Of a stretch of 64,000 nt of DNA, positions 20,807 to 30,380 are shown piece after piece; within the stretch, counting starts at the first letter, position 1, and every line of letters begins with the position of its first letter. The stretch is from the IMG/VR virus record IMGVR_UViG_3300032116_000062, positions 38,381 to 102,380 of that record, one strand, 5' to 3'. Under the pieces are notes generated by a model. It was given only the letters and a program-made list of their open reading frames with translations, was not told the origin of the DNA and did not search any database. This DNA is from a virus. A program made the translations under genes and the position numbers.

Positions 20807-21774
20807 AAGTCCTAATTACAGGAGGTGCAGGTTATCTGGGTTCTGTTATTGTCGGAAAATTATTAGAATACGGATACGATGTGGTTGTTTTGGATAAATT
20901 ACTATTTAACCAAACATCATTACTTCAATATACATCGAATCCAAATTTTAAATTTATTTATGGAGATGTTCGTAATCAAATAGAATTAGAAAGATTATGT
21001 AATGAATCTGACATAATTATTCCATTGGCAGCAATTGTTGGATTTCCGGCATGTGCATCTGATCCTAAATTGGCAAAAGAAATTAATTACGATCAGATTG
21101 TTAATATTGTAAAATATACAATTGGAAAAGGTAAAAAAATATTATATCCAAATACAAATAGTGGATATGGTATTGCAGAAGGTCAATCCGAGTGTACCGA
21201 AGAATCACCACTTACACCAATATCAGTATACGGACAAACAAAATGTGATGCAGAGAATTTTTTAAGAGTATCAACGGATGCAATTATTTTTAGATTAGCA
21301 ACGGTTTTTGGAGTATCACCAAGAATGAGAACGGATTTATTGGTAAATGATTTTACTTACAAAGCGATAACGGATAAGTACATAGTAGTATTCGAAAAAT
21401 CATTCAAGAGAAATTTTATTCATATAGAAGATGTTGCATCTGCATTTTTATATATGATACAAAATTATGATAAATATAAATCCCAAGTTTTTAATGTAGG
21501 TTTGAGTACTGCAAATCTATCAAAGCAGGAGTTATTAGAGAAGATTCAGGCCCATGTAAACGACTTTGCAGTATCTTATAATGATTACTACGAAGACCCG
21601 GATAAAAGAGATTATATCGTTTCTAACGCAAAAATAGAATCGACAGGTTGGAAACCAATGTGGGATTTGGATATGGGAATTAAACAATTGATTCAGGGGT
21701 ATCAAATGATAGTTCCCAAAATGGGAGCAGAATTCAGAAATGGATTCCCATTGGGTTACGCAAATAAAACATAA
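20803..21774 (+). CDS. NAD-dependent NDP-sugar epimerase/dehydratase (extended SDR)
   Basis: TGGAGYLG, canonical YGQTK, FRLATVFG. Confidence 0.9.
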   Translation: MKVLITGGAGYLGSVIVGKLLEYGYDVVVLDKLLFNQTSLLQYTSNPNFKFIYGDVRNQIELERLCNESDIIIPLAAIVGFPACASDPKLAKEINYDQIVNIVKYTIGKGKKILYPNTNSGYGIAEGQSECTEESPLTPISVYGQTKCDAENFLRVSTDAIIFRLATVFGVSPRMRTDLLVNDFTYKAITDKYIVVFEKSFKRNFIHIEDVASAFLYMIQNYDKYKSQVFNVGLSTANLSKQELLEKIQAHVNDFAVSYNDYYEDPDKRDYIVSNAKIESTGWKPMWDLDMGIKQLIQGYQMIVPKMGAEFRNGFPLGYANKT

Positions 21775-21775
21775 T

Positions 21776-22330
21776 ATGAGTTATAAAGACAAAAAATGGA
21801 ATGATATTGAGGTATCATTCTTAAAACCATTTGCATGTGAAGTGCCTGTATTTTCACCATCCGTTTACAGAGAGTATAGAGGGGAAATATGGACAACATA
21901 CCATAGTGAAATACATCCTGTTATGGATTACATACACTATGATAAGGAAGAAATCAACATTCACGGTAGATTTTCCAAATCATACAAAGGTGTGTTGCGA
22001 GGATTGCATTGGGATACAAAGACTTGGAAATTAGTACAAGCTTTAGTTGGTGATATATTTTTGGTTGTATTGGATATGAGAAAAGATTCACCTACATATG
22101 GTGATTGGAATTCATTTTTATTAACAGAAAAAACTAGAGACCAAGTTTTAGTTCCTCCTGGATTTGCAAATGGACATTACGCATTAACCGATTGTGTATT
22201 TCATTATAACTTATTTTATAAAGGAGATTTTGTTGAAGAAAATGCACAAAATGTGGTTAAGTGGAACGATCCAGAATATCAAATCGAATGGCCAACCGAT
22301 AAACCAATATTACAAAAAAGAGACAGATGA
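21776..22330 (+). CDS. rmlC: dTDP-4-dehydrorhamnose 3,5-epimerase family
   Basis: SYKGVLRGLH, VVLDMRKDSPTYG, VPPGFANG, WNDP; likely start 21776. Confidence 0.85.
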   Translation: MSYKDKKWNDIEVSFLKPFACEVPVFSPSVYREYRGEIWTTYHSEIHPVMDYIHYDKEEINIHGRFSKSYKGVLRGLHWDTKTWKLVQALVGDIFLVVLDMRKDSPTYGDWNSFLLTEKTRDQVLVPPGFANGHYALTDCVFHYNLFYKGDFVEENAQNVVKWNDPEYQIEWPTDKPILQKRDR

Positions 22331-22956
22331 TAAAAAATTTAGAAAAATATCCAGTAGTAAGAGAATCAGAGTATACAGTCGATTCTCTTATTGATTTTGA
22401 AAATTTAATAGTAAAGCACTGGGAGACCGGAAAAATAAAAGGACCCGTACACCTATCAAACGGAAATGAAGAACCACTTATTGAAATATTTAAAAGAATA
22501 AAAAAATCGGATTGGGTTTTTAGTACTTGGCGTTCACATTATCATATACTACTGAAAGGAGTATCTCAATCGTGGATAGAAGAACAAATTGTTAAAGGAA
22601 AATCCATTACATTGTGCAATATTGATGAGAAGTTTTACGCATCTGCAATTGTAGGTGCAACTCTTTCAATTGCATTAGGAACGGCACTATCTATTAAAAG
22701 GTCAGGTGGTGATGATAAAGTTTGGGTATTTGTTGGAGATATGAGTTTTGAAAGCGGTATTTTTTATGAGGTTCATAAATACGCTAGAAACTTCGACCTT
22801 CCTTTGTATTTTGTAGTAGAAGATAATGGTGTTTCAACGTACACACCAACCGAAGTAACATGGAATGTAAAACGTGAAATTCCTGAAGATGTAATTTGGT
22901 ATGATTATAAATCAAAATATCCACATTATGGAAGTGGAAAATGGATAGCATTTTAA
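22327..22956 (+). CDS. Minimal TPP-dependent E1-alpha-like subunit
   Basis: GPVHLSNGNE, WRSHYH, GDMSFESG...VEDN TPP-binding motif; only 209 aa. Confidence 0.85.
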   Translation: MIKNLEKYPVVRESEYTVDSLIDFENLIVKHWETGKIKGPVHLSNGNEEPLIEIFKRIKKSDWVFSTWRSHYHILLKGVSQSWIEEQIVKGKSITLCNIDEKFYASAIVGATLSIALGTALSIKRSGGDDKVWVFVGDMSFESGIFYEVHKYARNFDLPLYFVVEDNGVSTYTPTEVTWNVKREIPEDVIWYDYKSKYPHYGSGKWIAF

Positions 22957-22958
22957 TT

Positions 22959-23891
22959 ATGAAAAAAGTATTAATAACAGGATGTAGTGGATTGGTAGGA
23001 ATCCATTTGGTAAAAAAGTGTTTGGATAAAGGATATGCTGTTGTTGGTGTGGATATTAGATATTCCGATAGTTTACCAATTTCAGATAATTTTACCTTTT
23101 ACCAACTAGATTTAACAATCGAAGATAACATAAAAAACCTTTTCTTTTTTGAAACCCCTGATGTAGTTTTTAATGCATTCGGTGTAAAAGGTTCACCAAT
23201 GAGAGCAAAAAATAATCCAGTTGATTTTTTATATCCATCTTTTAAAATCAATACGGAAATTATTAACCAATGTGCTAAAAACAATATTTGGTTGGTTTTT
23301 GTTAGTTCGGTTGGAGTATATGCACCGGCGGAAAAGTTTGAAGAAGAATCCGTTTGGAAAACATTACCATCCAATGCCGATTGGTTTCCTGCATGGAGTA
23401 AACGAATGGGTGAGTTACTTTTACAATCATACGAAGTACAAACTGGATATAATAAATGGTCTATTATAAGGCCTGCAAACATATTCGGGGAATATGATGA
23501 TTTTAGTGGAAACGGAACGGTCATAGCATCTACCATAAAAAAAGTTTATGATGCAACCGATTCCATCGAAGCTTGGGGTGATGGATCACCTATTAGAGAT
23601 TTTGTTTATGCCGGAGATGTCGCGGATGCGATTATAGATTTGTATCAATATCAGTATCACACTACTATAAATTTTGGATGTGGAGAAGAGATAACCATCA
23701 AAGAAATTATAGAAATGGTTGTAGAAATTAGTGGTAAAAAAATTGATATAAATTGGGATACATCTAAACCAAACGGAGATAAAAGACGACAGATGGATAT
23801 AACAAAACAAACAAAATATAAGATTTTACCAAAAATGGGGATAAAAGAAGGAATTAAAAAAACATATAAATTTTATGAAAAAAACAGATAA
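22959..23891 (+). CDS. GDP-fucose-synthase-like SDR epimerase/reductase
   Basis: TGCSGLVG, RPANIFG, WGDGSPIRDFVY; PAWSK in place of YxxxK. Confidence 0.85.
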   Translation: MKKVLITGCSGLVGIHLVKKCLDKGYAVVGVDIRYSDSLPISDNFTFYQLDLTIEDNIKNLFFFETPDVVFNAFGVKGSPMRAKNNPVDFLYPSFKINTEIINQCAKNNIWLVFVSSVGVYAPAEKFEEESVWKTLPSNADWFPAWSKRMGELLLQSYEVQTGYNKWSIIRPANIFGEYDDFSGNGTVIASTIKKVYDATDSIEAWGDGSPIRDFVYAGDVADAIIDLYQYQYHTTINFGCGEEITIKEIIEMVVEISGKKIDINWDTSKPNGDKRRQMDITKQTKYKILPKMGIKEGIKKTYKFYEKNR

Positions 23892-24870
23892 AATATTAGT
23901 AACGGGAGCAAGTGGATTTATAGGATCCAGATTACTTAAATCATTAATAGAAGCAGGATATACGAATATTAGAGCAGTTACCTATAAAAGAAATTTAACT
24001 AATGATATCCCAAATATAGAAGGTAATTTTGAACATTATAAGGGAGATTTGACAGATGCTAAATTTTGTGAAATAGTATCGAAAGAGGTGGATGTTGTTT
24101 TTCATTGTGCGGCAAATACCACAAATGCATTGGATACAAAAGTAAATCCATTATTACATGTAACTCAAAATGTAGAAATGAATGTAAATCTAATGGAACA
24201 ATCTTGGAAAAATAATGTTCGTAAGTTTATGTTCATATCATCAAATACGGTTTATCCAAATATAGGTAGTGAGTATTGTACTGAAGATATGGAAGTACAA
24301 ACACCGAATATATATCCGGCATATAAAGCAGTTGGTAATATGAAACGATACGGAGAAACACTTTGTGATTTCCTATCCAATCATATTCATAATCCAATGC
24401 AATGTATCATCATCAGACCTTCCAATGCGTATGGTCCAAATGATAAATACGATTACGAAAAATGCCACGTTACTCCTGCAAACATTCGTAAGGTAGCAGA
24501 TGGGTTAAATCCAATACCTGTTTGGGGTGATGGAAGTGAGATTAGAGATATTATTCATGTAGATGATATGGTAAGTGGATTTATTTGCGTAGCAGAAAAC
24601 GTAGATAAATACGATGTTTATAATGTGTGTTATGGTAGAGGATATTCGGTAAATGAAGTACTAAATACCATAAAAGAGATTGAACAAAATTCTAACCCAA
24701 TCGAATATGTTAGTAATAAGGCACCAATGATACCTGTTAGACTACTTTCGAATGATAAACTTCTTAAATTGGGATGGAAACCGAAGTACGATTTAAAAAC
24801 AGGATTAAAAGATGCACTAAATTGGTATAAAGCAAACAAACATTTATTTAACCCAAATTCAAAACCATAA
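23875..24870 (+). CDS. GDP-fucose-synthase-like SDR epimerase/reductase
   Basis: TGASGFIG, RPSNAYGP, CHV, WGDGSEIRD; VGNMK in place of YxxxK. Confidence 0.85.
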   Translation: MKKTDKILVTGASGFIGSRLLKSLIEAGYTNIRAVTYKRNLTNDIPNIEGNFEHYKGDLTDAKFCEIVSKEVDVVFHCAANTTNALDTKVNPLLHVTQNVEMNVNLMEQSWKNNVRKFMFISSNTVYPNIGSEYCTEDMEVQTPNIYPAYKAVGNMKRYGETLCDFLSNHIHNPMQCIIIRPSNAYGPNDKYDYEKCHVTPANIRKVADGLNPIPVWGDGSEIRDIIHVDDMVSGFICVAENVDKYDVYNVCYGRGYSVNEVLNTIKEIEQNSNPIEYVSNKAPMIPVRLLSNDKLLKLGWKPKYDLKTGLKDALNWYKANKHLFNPNSKP

Positions 24871-25412
24871 TGAGTAAGCCGGAATATACACCATATAAAG
24901 ATGCATTATCAAATGCAATGAAATTATTAGGAGAAAAAGATGATACTATATTTATAGGACAGCAGATAGTTTATGCTGGCAATCCTATGAGTACAACGTT
25001 AGGAGATGTATCGAAGGAAAAAATGGTAGAACTACCTGTTATGGAAGAAACCCAAATGGGAATGAGTTTGGGAATAGCAATGACACAAAAAACGGTTATT
25101 ACATTTTATCCTCGCTGGGATTTTATAATATGTGCAGCAAATCAATTGATAAATCATATTGATAAATACGAATTGATGACAGGAAAAAAAGCAAATATAC
25201 TTATTAGATTAGGAAAAGGTTCGGATAAACCATTAGATCCTGGACATCAGCACAAAGGAAATTATTTTGAAGAATTTAAATCTATGTGTAAAAATATAAC
25301 CTTCCACAATTTAGAAAAGTGGGAAGATATAGAACCTGCATACGAACTCGCATACCAAACGGGTGGAGTACATTGTTTAGTTGAATATCCAGAATTATAC
25401 TATAAAAATTAA
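24870..25412 (+). CDS. Minimal TPP-dependent E1-beta/transketolase pyrimidine-binding subunit
   Basis: ELPVMEETQMGMSLG, DFIICAANQLIN, PGHQH; lacks C-terminal domain. Confidence 0.85.
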   Translation: MSKPEYTPYKDALSNAMKLLGEKDDTIFIGQQIVYAGNPMSTTLGDVSKEKMVELPVMEETQMGMSLGIAMTQKTVITFYPRWDFIICAANQLINHIDKYELMTGKKANILIRLGKGSDKPLDPGHQHKGNYFEEFKSMCKNITFHNLEKWEDIEPAYELAYQTGGVHCLVEYPELYYKN

Positions 25413-25416
25413 ATTT

Positions 25417-25542
25417 ATGAAAAATTGGCCAATCATATCTTTTTTCGTAAAAATATGGGAAGAAAGACAGAGAAAAAAAAGATTTAAAAAGAAATTGGAA
25501 GAATTAAAAAAAAGGGATCCTTTCGTTTATAAAAATTTCTAA
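25417..25542 (+). CDS. Small basic phage protein (41 aa), missing from ORF track
   Basis: MKNWPIISFFVKIWEERQRKKRFKKKLEELKKRDPFVYKNF; KKLEELKKRDPF resembles small T4-like phage ORFs. Confidence 0.65.
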   Translation: MKNWPIISFFVKIWEERQRKKRFKKKLEELKKRDPFVYKNF

Positions 25543-25552
25543 AATTTTAGGA

Positions 25553-25560
25553 TATTTATA
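25553..25560 (+). promoter_or_regulatory. Putative late promoter TATTTATA
   Basis: Motif recurs in intergenic gaps before virion genes; 3 nt before ATG 25564. Confidence 0.55.
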
Positions 25561-25563
25561 TGT

Positions 25564-28500
25564 ATGAATTTAATAAACGAAGTAGATAAGCCAGAAGTAA
25601 AGAAAACGGTAGTAGTATACGCCGGACGATTTCAACCATTTCATAAAGGACATTATGCTGCGTACCAAAAGTTAGTTTCTAAATTTGGAGCAGATAACGT
25701 ATTTATTGGAACATCAAATGACCAATCTAGTCCAAAATCTCCATTCTCATTCAAAGAGAAAAAAGAAATTGCAACCAAAATGTTTGGAATACCTTCCAAT
25801 AGGTTTATACAAATTAGAAACCCATATCAGCCTGTAGAAATTCTTAAAAAATTTGATGATAAAACTACTCAATATATTGCAGCGGTAGGAGAAAAAGATG
25901 CAACAAGATTGCAGGGTAAATACTTTAAACCATATAAAGGAAAAATGGGATACGGATATGCCGAAATAGGTTATACTTATCCAATACCTGCAGAATCAAA
26001 TCCAATAAGTGGAACCGATGTTCGTAATAACTTGGGAAGTGGTGATATGGAAAAGGCTAAAAAGTTTTTCTTAAAAGCATATCCAAAATTTGACAAAGAA
26101 ATATTCAAAATGATAACAGGCAAACTTAATGAAAATTTTATAAAAGGTTATCCATCTAAAGAAGATGTCAAAAAAATACAAAAGAAAAATGATGATATTC
26201 GTTCGGTAGCAACTACCGATGATTCATATGTATATGACCCAATAAACGAATTGATAGGCAGAGTTGCTGCGGAAGAAATATTTAATGAATTTATTGAAAA
26301 TTATTTAGGTGAAGTGGGACCAAATAAAGCATTGGATGTAGATATTACATATACAAATGCAAAAGGAAAACAGAAAAAAATAAAAGCAAGAGATGCATTA
26401 AGATTACCAAAAGATCATCCAGCACATATACAGGCTGCAAAAATAGCACAAAGTACACCAACCGCAGCTACATCAAAAAAACCTGATGTTATGATTCCTG
26501 GTCAAAAACCTGGAACAGTTGTCAAAAAGGGAGACGGTAAACCTGATTTGGTTATGCCATCTCAATCCAAAACAAAACAACAACCAACATCGAGTGGTAA
26601 ACCACCCGCACCACCGATACCGGGTCAATCAAAAAGTGGTGAACAACCAGAAGCACCATCACCTCAAAAGTTAAGTAGTGCAGAGTTCAAATCTTCGGCC
26701 GAAAACGGACCAAAAGATAAGAATACTGAAAAGGTAAAACAAACATTGGATAATGCTAGAAAAGAATTATCGAAAGAAGATAATGAAACTATTGATAAAG
26801 TAAATAATCCACAATCTCCTGAAAGAAAAGGAATGATGGGGAATATAAAATCTGGTATACAAAAATTTGGTAAAGGATTAAAACATTGGGCCCAACACAA
26901 AGCTGAAATGGTCGGTGGAACTGTCGATGCAGTTAAAGCATTGGCAAGTGGTCAAAAAATAGGATCTACAAAAAATAAAGAAACCGGCAATTGGGAGTAC
27001 TCCGATGAAAAAAGAAAAGAACAAATAAAGCATATAAAACACTTTGCAATGGACACTGCATTATTGTTGGGTTCAATGGCATTGGGTGGTGCAGGAGTTG
27101 CGGGAGTAAAAGCTGTGATGGCAGGAAAGGGTGCCGCTGGAGCATTGAGTGCTGCAGGACATGGGGCGGTTGGTGCATTTACACATGGTGTAGGAGGGTT
27201 CACTGCACATTTAGGAAAGGATATCGCTAAACATGCTACGTTAGAAACATTAGGAATGGGTGGAATATCCGCAGCAGGCGGAGGTGCAGTACTATCAACG
27301 GCTACCGGTGGTATTTTAGAAATGATTAATGAAGAAGTTGATAGTAATAATAAGTTTATTGCAAATTTTATGAGAAAGGTTGTTGAAAAAATGGAAACAT
27401 ATCAACTATCTGATGAACAATTATTAAAATCAATACAAGATTATAAAAAGAATAAACCAAAGCAAGATGCTGCAGATTTATTAAGAGAAAATCTTTCAGA
27501 AACAAAACAACAATCTATTCAGCATTTTGTAGAATGGGCAACCCAAAGATTAAAATTAAAAGAAACTCCAAAAGTTAATTTAGTTGGTGGAGGTGAATTT
27601 GCAGAAATCAAAACATCTCTTGGTGGATTTGATCCTCAAACAAAAGAAATATACGTTGCAACGGAAAATAGATTAACTGCGGATATTTTAAGAACTCTTG
27701 CACATGAAATGGTTCATAGAAAGCAAGATGAGATGGGATTGGTTAGAAACCCTATAAATGATGGTGCAGATGGTTCTCCCATTGAAAATAACGCCCATGC
27801 GGTTGCCGGTATTATAATGAGAGAATATGGTAGAATCAATAAACAAATCTACAAAGAAGATATTAATGTGGATATCGATAAAGGTGATACTGTTTTAATG
27901 GGTAAATTCAAAAACAAAAAAGTACAAGTCAAAAATATAGGAAAAGACCCACACGGAATGCCAACTATTAATGGCAAGCAGGCAACTACATTTCGTAAAG
28001 TGGATGAAATGGGAAGGGCGGATATACATCTTGCAAATATAATGAAATTATATAGAGATTCTATTTTTAGAAAAAGAATAAATGCATATCTTTTTGGTAG
28101 AGTAAATATGCCAGCAAATCCAAGTGCAGTAGCTAAAGAATTGAGAGGAATGGATTATGATGAGATTACGCAAATGGAGAAGGAATTGAACATACAACCA
28201 ATATTAACAGAAGTTAGCAATATTCAAACATCAAACACAGCAGATATTCCCGATGGTTCATTTATAGCAAAGGGAAAAAAAAGAAAATTGAATTCGGATA
28301 AGGGAGAAGATTGGTTTGTAAATGGAGGATATACCCAAACAGATTTTCCAAAAGCAGATGCTATATTTGGTGATGAAGATGCTGATGAGAGGGTTGTAAA
28401 ATATACTATTGATAATTTACCAAGAGTTGAGTTTACTCCAACAAAGTTTATAAAAGAAGAATTACTATTGGAAGGTGGTGCATATGGGCATATGTCGCAT

Positions 28501-29664
28501 CCATTTGATGATATGCAATTAACATTTGGAGAGTTAAAAGATATAATAAGTAGAGCATTGGATGGTGAATTGGGAGTAGTTAGAGAAAAAACCGATGGAC
28601 AGGCACTTGCAATAAGTTGGAAAAACGGAAGATTGATTGCAGCACGTAACAAAGGACATCTTGCAAATGCAGGAGCAAACGCAATGGGTATAGAAGATGT
28701 TGCATCAAAGTTTGCAGGAAGGGGTGGATTGACAGATGCATATAACTTTGCAATGAGAGATTTAACTGCAGCAATTAGTGGATTATCCGAAAAACAAAGA
28801 GAAAAGATATTTGGTGAAGGAAAGTGTTTTATGAATTTAGAAGTAATATGGCCTGAATCCGTAAATGTAATACCATACGGACAAGCATTATTGATATTCC
28901 ATAATACGACTTGTTATGATGAAAGTGGAGTTGCCATCGGAGCAGACCAAAGTGCAGCAAGAACTTTAGCAGGTATGATTAAGCAGGTAAATGCAGATGT
29001 ACAATCAAAATATACTATTCAGGGCCCACCTGTAACAGAAATTCCAAAAAATGAGAATTTAAGTTCAAAAAAAGGAAAATATTTATCTAAACTTTCTAAA
29101 TTACAAAGTAAGTTTGGATGTGGTGATGCTGATACTATGGCAGTATATCACCAACATTGGTGGGAAAATTTTATAGATACAAAAGCACCTGTAAAAGTTG
29201 ATAAACTTACAAAAGAAGCATTAGTTAGGAGATGGGCATTTGGTGATAAAGGATTTCGCTTGAATACAATATCGAATGCAGAACTACAAAAGTGGGCTAT
29301 AGATAATGATAAAGTGAATGTTCCAAAACAACAAAAAGATAATATGAAACCATTCGAAGAAATCTTTTTGGGAGTAGGTGCGGATGTTCTTGAATTTGTT
29401 GGTAGTGTATTGACAGTACATCCCAATAAAGCAATAAGAGCAATGAAAGATAAATTAAAACAAGTAGCATCTCAAATAAAATCATCAACCGATGCATCAA
29501 AAGTTGCAAAGTTTAAAAGTGAATTGCAAAGATTAAATTCATTGGGTGGTATTGATAGAATAGTTGCTAGTGAGGGGTTGGTTTTCTTTTATAACGGAAA
29601 AACGTATAAACTGACAGGTACATTCGCACCACTTAATCAACTTCTTGGTATTTTTTACGAATAA
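25564..29664 (+). CDS. 1366-aa multidomain probable internal head polyprotein: cytidylyltransferase/NMNAT-like, hydrophobic Gly/Ala segment, HExxH domain, KxDG ligase-like domain
   Basis: GRFQPFHKGH...ISGT; LAHEMVH; GHMSHPFD...EKTDG; repeated L/I-x-E junctions. Confidence 0.7.
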   Translation: MNLINEVDKPEVKKTVVVYAGRFQPFHKGHYAAYQKLVSKFGADNVFIGTSNDQSSPKSPFSFKEKKEIATKMFGIPSNRFIQIRNPYQPVEILKKFDDKTTQYIAAVGEKDATRLQGKYFKPYKGKMGYGYAEIGYTYPIPAESNPISGTDVRNNLGSGDMEKAKKFFLKAYPKFDKEIFKMITGKLNENFIKGYPSKEDVKKIQKKNDDIRSVATTDDSYVYDPINELIGRVAAEEIFNEFIENYLGEVGPNKALDVDITYTNAKGKQKKIKARDALRLPKDHPAHIQAAKIAQSTPTAATSKKPDVMIPGQKPGTVVKKGDGKPDLVMPSQSKTKQQPTSSGKPPAPPIPGQSKSGEQPEAPSPQKLSSAEFKSSAENGPKDKNTEKVKQTLDNARKELSKEDNETIDKVNNPQSPERKGMMGNIKSGIQKFGKGLKHWAQHKAEMVGGTVDAVKALASGQKIGSTKNKETGNWEYSDEKRKEQIKHIKHFAMDTALLLGSMALGGAGVAGVKAVMAGKGAAGALSAAGHGAVGAFTHGVGGFTAHLGKDIAKHATLETLGMGGISAAGGGAVLSTATGGILEMINEEVDSNNKFIANFMRKVVEKMETYQLSDEQLLKSIQDYKKNKPKQDAADLLRENLSETKQQSIQHFVEWATQRLKLKETPKVNLVGGGEFAEIKTSLGGFDPQTKEIYVATENRLTADILRTLAHEMVHRKQDEMGLVRNPINDGADGSPIENNAHAVAGIIMREYGRINKQIYKEDINVDIDKGDTVLMGKFKNKKVQVKNIGKDPHGMPTINGKQATTFRKVDEMGRADIHLANIMKLYRDSIFRKRINAYLFGRVNMPANPSAVAKELRGMDYDEITQMEKELNIQPILTEVSNIQTSNTADIPDGSFIAKGKKRKLNSDKGEDWFVNGGYTQTDFPKADAIFGDEDADERVVKYTIDNLPRVEFTPTKFIKEELLLEGGAYGHMSHPFDDMQLTFGELKDIISRALDGELGVVREKTDGQALAISWKNGRLIAARNKGHLANAGANAMGIEDVASKFAGRGGLTDAYNFAMRDLTAAISGLSEKQREKIFGEGKCFMNLEVIWPESVNVIPYGQALLIFHNTTCYDESGVAIGADQSAARTLAGMIKQVNADVQSKYTIQGPPVTEIPKNENLSSKKGKYLSKLSKLQSKFGCGDADTMAVYHQHWWENFIDTKAPVKVDKLTKEALVRRWAFGDKGFRLNTISNAELQKWAIDNDKVNVPKQQKDNMKPFEEIFLGVGADVLEFVGSVLTVHPNKAIRAMKDKLKQVASQIKSSTDASKVAKFKSELQRLNSLGGIDRIVASEGLVFFYNGKTYKLTGTFAPLNQLLGIFYE

Positions 29665-29709
29665 TTTTGATATATATTAAGAAACAATTGTTACATAAAT
29701 AAAATCAGT

Positions 29710-30378
29710 ATGGCAAAAAGAAAAAGTTTTGAAGAGAAGAGTAAAGGGATGCACAAATCCCGTAAATTAATTATTGATACCGTTTTTGGAAGGGAAGATA
29801 ACACACAACGTGTATTTGGTTATGAAGGTGATACTGAAAAGAAAAGAGAAGTTGGTGAAAGGTGGGTTGATAAAGATGGTAAAGAGTGGGAACAAAAGGA
29901 AGGGTTTAAAGTTTCAGTCACACAGATGGATGAGGTTAGACAGTTTTTACAGAAAATGAGTACATGTCATTCTAAAAAATGTGAAACAAAACAATATAGT
30001 AAAGCAGATAAAAAATTAATAATAAAAACAGGATATTGTATTGTTTGTTTGGATAAGCTAGAAAAAGAATTAAAATTAGATGGTACATTCCCTTTCTATG
30101 AAGATTACAAAGTAACTTTGAATAAATTGGGATTTATAAGAGATTTTAAACAAAAATGCGAAGATAGTTACAATTCCTTAAAAAAAGATTTTCAAATGGT
30201 TTCAGAAGATGGAAGAATTGAAAATTGGACATGGGAAGTTGACATTGAGCAAGTAAAAAAAGATTTAAAAAGTGATATCGATAATTCTTATGAAGCTATT
30301 GAATTATTATTAGAAAGAAAACGATTATTGGAAGAAAAGTTTATAGAATTAAACCATCCTGAACTTATAAAAGATTAA
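29710..30378 (+). CDS. Hypothetical protein with possible Zn-binding cysteines
   Basis: CHSKKC and CIVC; GERWVDKDGKEW. Confidence 0.7.
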   Translation: MAKRKSFEEKSKGMHKSRKLIIDTVFGREDNTQRVFGYEGDTEKKREVGERWVDKDGKEWEQKEGFKVSVTQMDEVRQFLQKMSTCHSKKCETKQYSKADKKLIIKTGYCIVCLDKLEKELKLDGTFPFYEDYKVTLNKLGFIRDFKQKCEDSYNSLKKDFQMVSEDGRIENWTWEVDIEQVKKDLKSDIDNSYEAIELLLERKRLLEEKFIELNHPELIKD

Positions 30379-30380
30379 AA

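Noticed and set aside
18878-25412. Shikimate pathway and pyruvate dehydrogenase as central-metabolism auxiliary genes
   Set aside because: Proteins are truncated, partner enzymes are absent, and the context is NDP-sugar synthesis
1-25412. Bacterial O-antigen or capsule locus flanking a prophage
   Set aside because: No flippase, polymerase, exporter, integrase or att-like junction; gene packing and strand continue into the virion genes
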